Of a stretch of DNA of 64,000 nucleotides, positions 1 to 11,980 are shown piece after piece; the stretch's first letter is position 1, and every line of letters starts with the position of its first letter. The notes beneath the pieces were generated by a model. It ran no database searches and was not told where the DNA came from. It saw only the letters and a program-made list of their open reading frames with translations. The DNA is from the human T2T-CHM13v2.0 reference genome, Homo sapiens. The stretch is from assembly GCF_009914755.1 (NCBI RefSeq), contig NC_060931.1, one strand, 5' to 3'. Position numbers and translations under genes: made by a program.

Positions 1-787
1 AAGCCACAGACACTCAACATCAGCCCATGAATGCAGCCGGAGGGAGGCTGTACCCTGCAAAACCACAGGAGCGGAGCTGCCCAAGACCATTTGAACCCAT
101 CTCTTGCATCAGCATGACCTGGAGATCATTTGTGAGCTTCAAGATTTGACTGCCCTGCTGGATTTTGGACTTGCACGGGGCCTCCAGCCCCTTTGTTTTG
201 ACCAGTTTCTCCCATTTGGAACAGCTGTATTTACCCAATGCCTGTACCTCATTGTATCTAGGAAGTGACTAACTTGCTTTTGATTAAACAGGCTCACAGG
301 CAGAAGGAATTTGCCTTGTCTCAGATGAGACTTTGGACTGTGGACTTTTGAGTTAATGCTAAGATAAGCCTTTGGGGGACTGTTGGGAGGGCATGATTGG
401 TTTTGAAATGTGAGGATGAGATTTGGGAGGAGTCAGGGGCAAAATATGGGTTGTCTGTGTCCCCACCCAAATTTCATCTTGAATTCCTACATGTTGTTGG
501 AGGAACCCAGTGGGAGGTAATTGAATCATGGGGGCAGGCCTTTCCTGTGCTGTTCTTGTGATAGTGAATAAGTCTTATGAGATCTCACGGTTCTATAAGG
601 GGGAGTTTCCCTGAACAAGCTGTCTCTTCTCTTGTCTGCTGCCATGTGAGTCATGCCTCTCATCTTCTGCCATGATTGTGAGGCCTCCCCAGCCATGTGG
701 AACTGTAAGCCCAATAAACCTCTTTTTTCTGTAAATTGCCCAGTCTCAGGTATGTCTTTATCAGCAGTGTGAAAGTGAACTAATACG
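1..787 (+). mobile_element. THE1 (ERVL-MaLR) internal 3' end (1-~443) plus 3' LTR (~444-787)
   Basis: THE1-int motifs (cttgtctcagatgagactttggactgtggacttttgagttaatgct), then LTR 'tgtgtccccacccaaatttcatcttgaatt...gtgaactaatac'. Confidence 0.85.
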
Positions 788-2803
788 GCATGGAAGGAAA
801 ATTATACTATTGGCAGTACACAGGGTCTTGCTACAGCAAGTAAGACACGTGATTCAGAAGAACTCAGCAGGTTTGACAATCCATATGTGAAGAAATAAAA
901 ATCTGTAATTGAAAATAAGGAGCAAAAAGTGAGAGGAACACAGATACCTCCTGATTGTCAAAAGAGGAAAAACATTCATAAGACATTATCACTTGGGTCT
1001 ATGTTGGGGAAAGAGGGATGTAAACTTTCCATGCAAATTTCACTCATCTTTCCTTATGAAATTCTAGCATGCTCTTCCAATCTGCTTACACTGATTTCCC
1101 TTTCCATGAAATCACATGGAGTAATTTTTACTAATTATTTTAGCATTTAATCATTGCTTTATATTTCTTCTCAACTAGGTAATGCATGTAAATTTTATAT
1201 GACCACTGGGATCATAGGGTCATTAAAGGAGAATATAAGCATGAATATATTTATTATTCTAACAGAGAATATTAAGAACAGAAAACTAATATATGCATAT
1301 TGAATTGAATAAGAAACTAATAACGACTGAATACTGCTAGAGACTGAATTAGGGAATGTGTGAAGAAAAGGATAAATTATACAATATGTTATCTCATTTG
1401 GTTATCATTACAAAATAATTTCCAGAAGATAATGTGCTCGAGTTTCACAGTAATTCTGTACATCTGGTTCATCTATTTCACATCAGCTATCAAGTCATTT
1501 AATTTACCGCTTCTGCTTTCCACTGGTAAAGTATATTTGAAAGAACTAATTTGCATGTCTTAAATATTAATGTGTAAGCTTTATATGGATTTAAATGTGC
1601 TAGGGCAAATGAAAAATAATGTCAATGCCTTCTTATGTCATCTGTCCAATGGGGCAGTATGAGCATCAATTTTAAAACTACTAGACAGTAAAGACGTTTT
1701 GAAGAAATTATTGAGATTAGAGTCATATACTGTAATCCAAAAAATCTTAGAGCAAGAGACAGAAAGAGAAGTTCTTCTCTTCTGGGGTGATGAGTCGTAT
1801 CCAGGGGAACATGAGCAGAAATTTTAGGGGGCTACACAGGACTGGTGAGAGTTGGTAAGCATTGTGGAATGATGTGAAGACTTTCTGAGAGAGAGCACTT
1901 TAAGATCATTTGAAAATGAGTTCAGTAGTTAGAAACAGAAAACGTAGTGTCTGTGTATATAAATCATTCATTGTGCTGGCGATTGTTAGACTGTGGAAAT
2001 TTTTTTTCATTTCCCTAACTTCATAATCCATGCATGTAGTGTGGGTTAATGGTACTGACCAATTCACAGGATTAAATAACATAGTCTTACTGAGTCAGTT
2101 TGTGATGGAGGCAGATAGCTGGGCTGGCAGAAAAAGGTGTTCCCACATGAAGCTTATCCTAGATGGAGCAGGAGTGTGGGTCTCCTGACTCTCCTTGGTA
2201 TCATTCTCTATGTCACTCCCAGTGAAAGTGATCAGATACAAAGGCAAAAAGAAAAAACTGGCACAAATGTAAAAATGAGTAGGAGAGGAAAAAAATAAGA
2301 GACTCCTTGTGCATCATGGCCTCTGCAAGTGGCTCTCACAGAGATGAAAGGACTTCACACCCCTGCATGAAAGTACTGATGTCCAGAGATATTAGCTGAC
2401 TTATTGAAAATCACGTAATGGCAGGATAAGGATAGGAATATGTGTTTCTGGATAACTTCTCCAGTAAAATTTTTACCGTAACACTTGCTACTAATCTTGA
2501 TATTACTGAGCAAGCATCAATAGCCCTCAAAACAAGCAAAAAGTTGTAGTGACAGTGTCTCTCAGTGATCTTGTATTGACTTTTCTGAAACAGTCAGGTT
2601 GATGTTGACTTATAGTTATTTCTGTTTGATAGTCTCCCATTTTATCTATCAGTGTTGGCAGATATTATACCTTGCTAGATCTGTCTTTTAGGAAAAATAA
2701 ATCTGGTCCTAGAGTTGGTAGGTTGAATGACAATGCTGCTGGCTGTTTTCTGAAAATACCATTGAGATGAAGAAATACAGTATCTTCTTTAGCTAAAGAA
2801 ACA

Positions 2804-3109
<306 letters not shown>

Positions 3110-3235
3110 TCAAAAAATACTTTTCAGAGATCTTTATATTCTATGTTCAGTGGAAACCACTGCCCAAAGAAATGTTCATACTGGCTATACCATTTATTTC
3201 AATGAACTGATGCTCACTTTCATCATTTCTTTTGA

Positions 3236-3661
<426 letters not shown>

Positions 3662-3862
3662 TAATGTCTAGGATGTAAATATTCCTACTTTACGGAAATA
3701 GGTTATCATCACATACATTGTTAACCTTTCTGTTTAGATATGAAATATGTTTTCATTATTGCTGACTGCTTCTAACAAGGTCTAAAAACATGTATGTGTT
3801 ATTGATGTTTCTTCCCAGTTCTGAACTCTTGTCAATTTTTTGGAGCTAAATTTAATATTATT

Positions 3863-4525
3863 ACAATGGTGTGAATGTTCGTGTCCCCCCCAAAATTCAT
3901 TGAAACCTAATCGACAATGCGATAGTAGGAGGAAGTGGGGCTTTTAGGATGTGATTAGGTCAAAAAGTAGAGCCCTCATGAATGGGATTAGTGTCCTTAT
4001 AAACGGATACCAGAGAGGTTCCTTACTCCTGTGCCACGTGATATAACTTGGCTTTGCAATCTGGAACCATAATCTCATCTCGAATTGTAATCCCCAGGTA
4101 TTGAGGGAGGAACCTAGTGGAAGATGATTAGATCATGGAGGCAGTTTCCCCCATGCTGTTCTCATGATAGTGAGTGAGTTCTCACGAGATCTGATTATTT
4201 TATAAGTGTTTGGCAAGCTCCTCCTTTGCTTGCTCCTCTCGCTCCTGCTGCCTTGTGAAGAAGGTGCCTGCTTCCCCTTCTGCCATGATTGTGTTTCCTG
4301 AGGCCTCCCCAGCCATACGGAACTGTGAGTCAATTAAACCTCTTTCCTTTATAAATTACGCAGTCTTGGTTATTTATTTATAGCAGTGAAAAAACGGACT
4401 AAGGCACCATGTGAGGACACAATTAGAAAGTACCATCTATGAACCAGAAAGTTGGCCCTCACCACACACTGTATCTGCCAGCACCTTGATCTTGGACTTC
4501 CAGCCTCCAGCACTGTGAGAAATAA
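3863..4525 (+). mobile_element. MLT1A-like LTR, interrupted by a younger MaLR LTR
   Basis: gaatgttcgtgtccccccaaaattcat...ccttgatcttggacttccagcctccagcactgtgagaaataa. Confidence 0.7.
4039..4406 (+). mobile_element. THE1D/MSTA-like solo LTR nested in MLT1
   Basis: TG...CA termini; 5-bp TSD ccacg (4034-4038) / ccatg (4407-4411). Confidence 0.8.
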
Positions 4526-5207
4526 TTGTCAGTCTCACTACTGTGATCCACTAAGAATTTGTGTTCATAAGACATAGCTACAAGATGAGAGAGGGGTGCT
4601 TGTCCCACATCTGACTTTGTGTAAATTTAAATAAATCATTGCAGTATAAATGCACTAAGGCCCTGAGTGTGTCTCTTGTGGCAGATGAGTATCAGGGAGG
4701 AGAGTCTCCAGAGGGTAGAATGAGGTAAATTCTTCTGGCTGGTAATTATGGAAAGATCAAGGTCTCTCAGGCTGTCCCAGGTTGAATCCTCCAGAAGTGG
4801 CCACCAAGGTGGGGTCTGGCAGGCAGGATGTTTATAAGGGATAAACACATGTGGAAGGGAGGAGGAGACAGAAAACCTACAATGTAAGTGCAACAAAGAC
4901 TCATTCAACCCCACAGGCAGCTCTGAAACACCTCAGAAATCGATGTAGATATTCTAGAATAAAATTGATTTTAGGAATCTATTATCCCATGATACTATTT
5001 TAATTATACGCTAAATAGGATGACCATCCTTTCTAAATGTGGTTTTTAAATAATTGCCAGATTAGGACTGAAAATAATATAGACATAATAGAGACTACTA
5101 TACGTTTCCTCTAAATTATTTTGAATTAAATAACTTCCATTTTTATTGATTCTCCAGTTGTGACCTTTTCATTCATAGTTCAGTTCTTGACAAACTGTTA
5201 TTAAGGA

Positions 5208-5592
5208 ATGGGAGGCAAGCAGCCCTGGGTCACAGAATTCATCCTGGTGGGATTCCAGCTCTGTGCAGAGATGGAGATCTTTCTCTCTTGCATCTTCTCG
5301 CGATTTTATGCCTTCAGTCTACTGAGGAATGGCATGAACATGGGACTCACCTATCTGGATGACAGAGACGACAGACTACACACCCTCATATACATTTTCC
5401 TCTCACACCTGGCCATCAATGACATGTACTATGCTTCCAACAATGTTCCAAAGAGGCAGGTGAACCAAATGAACCAGAAAAAAAAAAACTTTGTTCTATG
5501 GATAAAGCAGATATTTTTGTATTTGGCTTTTGCTCACACAGAGTGCCTAATTTAGGCAATGATGTTCTGTAATAGATATGTGGCAATCTGCT
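5208..5592 (+). pseudogene. OR2AO1P: Truncated OR family 2 pseudogene fragment (N-terminus to TM3), likely OR2AO1P
   Basis: VTEFILVGF, RLHTLIYIFLSHLA, AHTECLI* (TAG 5553-5555), then NRYVAIC; ends abruptly at L1 sequence. Symbol inferred from position ~6.7 kb upstream of the CTAGE gene. Confidence 0.75.
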
Positions 5593-7960
5593 AGATCTTT
5601 CTCCAACCCTTTACGTTGAGCCTATGGGTGTTGTTATGTGTGAGATGAGTCTCTTGAATATGGTAGACAGATGGGTCTTATTTTTTTAATGCAAATTATC
5701 ACTCTGTGCCATTTAAGTAGGCAATTAATCCACAGTTAATATTGGTATGTGAGGATTTGATCCTGTCATGAAGATGTTAACTGGTTGCTTTGTGGTTTCT
5801 ATTGTGTAGTTGCTTTACAGAATCTGTGGGCTATGTACTTAAGTGTGTTTTTGTAGTAGAAGACATCATTCTTTTGTTTCCATGTTTAGAGCTCCCTTAA
5901 GGGTCTCTTGTAAACCCCGTCTAGTGGTAACACTTTCCCTTAGCACTTGCTTGTCTGGGAAAGATTTTATTTTTCCTTCATTTATGAAGCTTAGTTTGAC
6001 AGAATATGAAATTTTTGGTTGGAATTTCTTTTCTTTAAGAATGCTGAAAATAGTTATCTAATCTCTCCTGGCTTGTAGAGTTTCTGCTGAGAAGTTCGCT
6101 GTCAGCCTGATGGGGTTGCCTTTGTATGTAATCTGACCTTTTCCTGTAGCTGCCCTTAAGATTTTTTTTCTTTAGCACTGACTTTGGACACTCTCATGAC
6201 TATATGTGTTGGTGAGGTTCACTTTGTATAGTATCTCGCAGGTGTTTTCTGGATTTTTTGTATCTTGGTGTCTAAGTTTCTGGCAAGATTAGGAAAATTT
6301 TCTTGAATTATTCTATCATATAAGTTTTTCAGGTTGTTTAATTTTTCTTCCTCCTCTAAGGAATGCCAATAATTCATAGTTTTGGTCACTTTACATAATC
6401 TCATATTTCTCAAAAACTTTGTTCATTTTTAAAAATTATTTTAGATTTATTTTTCTCTGACTGGATTAGTTCAAAAGACTCATCTTCAAGCTCTGAAATT
6501 CTTTCTCCTGCTTGCCCCAGCTATTAATAATTCTTTCAATTGTATTTTGAAATTCCTTGAGTTTTTGAATTTCAGAAGCTCTGATTTTCTTTTTAATATT
6601 ATTATCTGATTCTTCATTTTCTAGATTGCTTTAGAAGTTTCTTTGCATCGATTTCCAATCTTTTCTTGGATCTCATTGAACTTCTTTGCAGTCCACGCCT
6701 TGAATTCCTTATCTGTCAATTACGAGTTTCCATTTTGGTTAAGGACCGTTGATGGAGAGCTAGCGTAATGTGAATGTAGATTCAGATCTTTCATGGTGCC
6801 AGCATTCTTACACTGGTTCCTTCTTATCTGAAGATGCTAAACTTCTAATTTTTATAATTATTTTTGAGTAGGTAGGATTTTTTCTTTTTCTTCCTTTCTC
6901 TCTCTAGATTTTTATTTTTCTTTCCCTTTCCCTTTCCTCCTCTCCCTAGAGGCTGTGACTGAGGATAATGCTGGGTAGGGTCTTTTGACTTTGCTTCCAT
7001 AACCCTATGCACTTCTGTCCGCAGGTTTTATATTGGGCTGGGTACTTTGACCTACAAGCCAGTAGATGGCGCTTATGGGTAACAGCAGGTTGCAGCCAGT
7101 GGGGCTGGGTATATACTTGATTCTTGTTTACCGAGAAAACACTGGGTGGGGCTGGACCTGGCAAGCCCATCTACAGGTCCCCCAACAATAAGCACTAGCA
7201 CCAACTCTGAGGGAGAGTCCAGTGGGCAGCCACCAAGTGTCCAGCGGCGTGCCTCGGCGTGGAAGTTGGCCCCAAATTCTCTGCATAAGGGTGCCAGAGG
7301 AAGCCTAATCTCTTACTCCAGGAGAGTGGCTGCTCCAAATGCCTGGAGATCTGCCTGGTTGTGGAGTGGAGAGGGTCTCCTTACACCAATATCCCTGCAC
7401 AGGAAGGATGGGGTGGCTCAGGCTACTGCTCCAGGTGAGCAGATGCTCCAAATACCTGGAAATCTGTGGAGCAGAGAGGGTCCCACTACACCGCAATCTC
7501 TGCACCAGAAGAACGGAGCAGCTCAGATTGCTGATTCACGCTGATGGGCACTCTGAATCCCTGGATGTCTGCCTGGGCATGAAGTGGAGATGGTCCCCTT
7601 GCACAAGGATCTCTGCACAGGAAGGAAGGGGCAACCCAGGCTGCCAGCCCATGTGAGCAAGTGCTTTAAATGCTTGGCGATCTGCTTATGTGTAGAATGG
7701 AGAAGGCCCTGCTACACCACAGTCTCAAGGAAGTAGGCTGGGTCACCCAAAAATAACACACACAGACCAGTTCTAGTTCATCAAGCTGGCGCTGGCTGAA
7801 AGTCTCATTGTCCAGGAGAAACCACAGCCATAGCAGCTCTCCTCTTGCCCAAGGCCTGTGACTGGGGAAAACACAATTCCAGTGCCTACTGTTGAGATGT
7901 TTTCCACAGTTCTAGCTGTGGAGGACCCTACCCTGATCCAGAGCAGGTGCTCCAATCTCT
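5593..7960 (-). mobile_element. Old L1 5' portion (5'UTR with ~115-bp tandem monomers, ORF1, start of ORF2 region); 3' part missing
   Basis: ORF 6219-6413 (-) gives the ORF1p-like IIQENFPNLARNLDTKIQKIQKTP; GC-richer repeated units at ~7255-7730. Confidence 0.8.
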
Positions 7961-8755
7961 ATCAATAATGTTTGATATGAGTTGGCCCATACTCAACTGA
8001 AAATAAGAAAAATTTTTATGTGCAAGGATAGTCTCTGAGGTTGAGCATTTTTGTTCAGTGATGAGGCATTTGAATTACCAACATGCTTAATGCTATGGAA
8101 ATCTATGGAACCCATTTCTTTAAGAAATGGATTCATATCTTAATAAAGAACAACTTTTTTATTGTTTAATTGCCGAAACAAGATGTCAGCCTATTACCCT
8201 AAGTAACCAGTTCAATCATAGCCATTCACATCATCTAGTACCAAGTGATATTTTTCACGGAAATGAACATGTGGAGGAAAAGTCCTTGACTGGAAAAAAA
8301 ATTGATACATATAATCATTACAGAGCTGTATATTTATATAAGACTAACTGTGAGATGAATGGAGAAAGCTCTGAGATTCACTGTTGAGTAGCTTATAATT
8401 TCCAAGTCCTCTGCTAGACATGAAAACTATTTAGTGTAGAACAAAAATATGATGCTGTATCTCACAACTCCTATATAAATGTTTCCATTCCTACTTTATT
8501 TCTGCTTTCATTTTCACGGTGCATCTACAGTCTCTCTTCCAGCCTCCCATTTGTATTTTACAACATGCATAATTACAGATTTATTCTTTACTTATTTCAT
8601 TTTCATATGATTTTTATATCTCTTGAAAGATTTCTTTGAAACTTCTGTCTTTTTTATTTTCCAGAGAAGCAGAGTATTTTTAGGCAATAATATTTTACCT
8701 TATGATGGCTTTCAACTATTAAAAGAAAAAAGGAAAGTAGTAAAATAAATAAATG

Positions 8756-9302
8756 CAGAGAGTCACCAACTTACAATGATTTCACTTAAGATTTTCAACT
8801 GTACAATGGTGGGAAAGTGATATTCATTCAGTAGAAACCATATTTCAAGTACTCATTTTACCATGATGTTTTTCCTTTTCAGTACAGTATTCAATAAATT
8901 ACATGAAATATTCAACAGCTTACTATAATATAGGCTTTGTGTAAGATGATTTTGCCCAACTGTAGGCTAATGTTAGTGTTCTAAGCATGGTTCAGGTGGG
9001 CTAGGCTAAGCTATGATGTTTGGTAGGTTAGGTTTATTAAACATATCTTCAAGCCAGGTATAGTGGTGTGTGCCTATAGTCAGTCCCAGCTCTTCAGGAA
9101 GCTGAGGCAGGAGGATTGTTTGAGCTCAAAGACTTTGAGAATATAGTGTACTATGACTACACCTGAGAATAGCCACTGCACTCCAGCCTGGGCAACAGGA
9201 CAATAGTCTATATTTTTTTAAAAAAAGCATCATCAACTTATAATATTACCAACTTATGATGGGTTTATTGGAACATAATCCTATCATAAGTTGAAGTGTA
9301 TC
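8756..9302 (-). mobile_element. MER47A-like (TcMar-Tigger) DNA transposon, interrupted by an Alu monomer
   Basis: tttgcccaactgtaggctaatg...ctaggctaagctatgatgtttggtaggttagg matches MER47 as recalled. Confidence 0.75.
9052..9226 (+). mobile_element. Alu monomer (FRAM/FAM-like)
   Basis: gccaggtatagtggtgtgtgcc...ccactgcactccagcctgggcaaca. Confidence 0.75.
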
Positions 9303-9589
9303 TTTATATAGTAGAATATAGTAACATACTACAGACTTATTTTCTCAAAGCATAAAAATAAACCACACTAATGATCATCCGTGGGAGAGGGACACCTAGA
9401 CAATGTCCTGCAAAACGAGAAATACTGGTAAGACATACTTTACATTCCAGACTGAGTCTCTTTCACCATGAAATAAAATCATTAAGAAATTTTTAGTAAT
9501 ATTTTAATTATTATATTTTAATTAAAAATTTAGGTATAGAAAGAAGGTTGTATAGCTTTACATTAAAAATAAATTAGTATGTGACTTGG

Positions 9590-11720
9590 ATACTTGACAC
9601 CAAATAGCTTGTGTCAGATTCACCCTCCCACCATAAAAAACTATACAATCTGGCCAAAATATAGAAAAAATTCTTGGCAGGTGTATTAGTCTGTTCTCAT
9701 GCTGCTAATAAAGACATACCCAAGACTGGGTAATTTATAAAAGAAAGAGGTTTAGTGAACTCACGGTTCCACATGGCTGGGGAGAACTCACAATCATGAT
9801 AGAAGGCAAAGGAAAAGCAAAGGCACATCTTACATGGCAGACAAGAGAGAGGGCATGTGCAGGGGAGCTCCCCTTTGTAAAACCATCAGATCTCATGAGA
9901 CTTATTCACTATCACAACAACAGCATGGGAAAGACCCACCCCCATGATTCAATTACCTCTCACCAGCTGCTGAGCATGGTTCAGGTGGGCTGGCTACATG
10001 TGGGAATTATGCAAGCTACAATTCAAGATGGGATCTGCGTAAGGACACAGCCAAACCATATCAGCAGGCATTGAAGAACATTGTTGTAGCAAGTCAGGTA
10101 TGAGATCTTTAAGGAAGGTGAGGCACATGAGGTTAGTACCACATTTGCCAGGATTTTCCAGAAAGGCATCTTCCTGACCTTGGTACAGGAAAATGGGACC
10201 CAACCAGGGGTTAGTGGTCTTGGGAACCAAAAGAAGCAATGAATAGAGTTCAAAGCTGCTAAATTGGTTAGGAATTGGGGGTCAATGTACCATATGGGAG
10301 AGAGAAAGAACCTAGAAATGGGTGTATACATGCCATTTTGGTCCTTCTGTGACTCCTTAGCTATGTGACAGTTGGCTAAGAAGAGGGGAGACCTTGGAGA
10401 AAGAAACTGCTGGGATACAGAAAGCAGAAGAGATCATCAGGGACTGAAAACTTCCTGGAAAGCTACTGGAGTTCAGATCCAGCCAAATGGGGAAATGTTG
10501 GCAAACAACTGAGAAACTCAGTTGGGACTCTAAAAATTCTCTTAGGAGAGGTGCAGTATCCCAGGAGTGAGGCATATGTTCTAAGAGGAAAATAAAATAT
10601 AATTACCATAACACAGCTTAAAACTAGGTCTTGAGAGCAGCAAGATGATCTGCAAGTAATTACAAATTCTGCCCAGAAAAAAAATTCAAAATTCTTGAGT
10701 AGTTCTATATCATATTATCCATAAATTCAGCATACTTTAAAAAAAATACCAAATATACAAAAAAGCAAGTAAAACAGACTGATAAGAAATAAATCAGTTA
10801 TTAAAAACAAACTCATAGATAATCCAGATATTGGAGTTAACAGATAGGGCATCATAACATCTATGATGAATATAAAGGAAAGAAAGAAAAAATGAAAGAC
10901 AAAACAGGTTGTGTCAGATTTCTTTCTGGAAGCTTTAAAATGCTCACTTTATTTTCATAGATTCTAATTTCCTAAATTATGTTTGATGTTTCAAGCAAAA
11001 ATCATAGCATTGTCTAGTGTTATTCTAAATGGATGTAAGACAATTATACTACAAATTTGATAGAGTAAAGAGACATAATATGACAGAAGGTTGCTATACT
11101 TCACTCAGACTGGAATAAAGATGATACCAATTGACTGTGATAATGTTTATATAAATGAATATACACTAAGCTGTAAAATGCAACCACTAAGCTATAAAAT
11201 GCAACCAAAAAAACTATAAAAAAGAAGATACACTATAAACACTATAAATAACAAAATGGAATTCTAAAACAAATGTTCAAGTAACCCACATGAAGTCATG
11301 AAAAATAAGCAGAGAAACAAGAATTGATAGAGAAAACAAAAAATGTCAGGCTTACGCATTAAAGTATCAATAATTCATTTAATTATGAATGGTCTACCAA
11401 GAGATAGATAATAGAAGAGTGTATTTAAAAGTATGACCCTTTCTTATATGTTTCTTGTATGCTGTGTACAAGAAACTCACTTGAATTTTACCAATACAGG
11501 GCAGGCCAAATTAACAGGATGAAAAAAGATATATTACACAAACATTAATGAAAGGAAAGCAAGAGTGTCTGTGTGCATATCAGATAAAGCAAAGAAAACT
11601 ACCAAAACCAGAGATTATATAATGATCAAAGGTTTAATCCATGAAGAAGACAGCAATTTTAAAAGTGTATTCACCAAAAAATAAAGCTTCAAAATATGTG
11701 ATGTGAAAACTGCCAGAACT
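9590..11720 (+). mobile_element. Old L1M element (5' region to ORF2 endonuclease region); left part of the host of the CTAGE insertion
   Basis: A-rich L1 motifs (ataatccagatattggagttaacaga; tatataatgatcaaaggtttaatccatgaagaagac; gcttcaaaatatgtgatgtgaaaactg). Left boundary approximate. Confidence 0.65.
9682..10063 (-). mobile_element. THE1 solo LTR
   Basis: tgtattagtctgttctcatgctgc...cagccaaaccatatca; perfect 5-bp TSD gcagg (9677-9681, 10064-10068). Confidence 0.9.
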
Positions 11721-11980
11721 AAGGCGGGCCGGGCTCAGACCAGCGCTGCCTCAGGATGTAAAGTGTAACAAGAGGGCCAGGGGAGGTGGTGGGGGACAAC
11801 ATGGGCCTGTGAGGCCTGTGGGTGCCCGCGTTCCCCAGCTCCCCCCGCAGCCCGCTCCACAGTGGTCCGCTCCGGTTGGTTGTCACGTGCGCATTCGGGT
11901 TCCAGACCCAAGGCTGCGTGTTCTCCACCGCTTGTTGTGGCCAGTGTTACTGCGGTGACCGCCAGAGCAGCCTCGACGCT

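Noticed and set aside
7255-7730. ~115-bp tandem units superficially resembling a repeat-spacer array; ORFs 7146-7544 and 7339-7656
   Set aside because: They lie at the 5' end of the antisense L1 and fit L1 5'UTR monomers; no unique spacers and no cas genes
11822-11980. 830-aa version of the CTAGE ORF
   Set aside because: Starts at GTG; the ATG at 11981 gives the family-typical 777 aa
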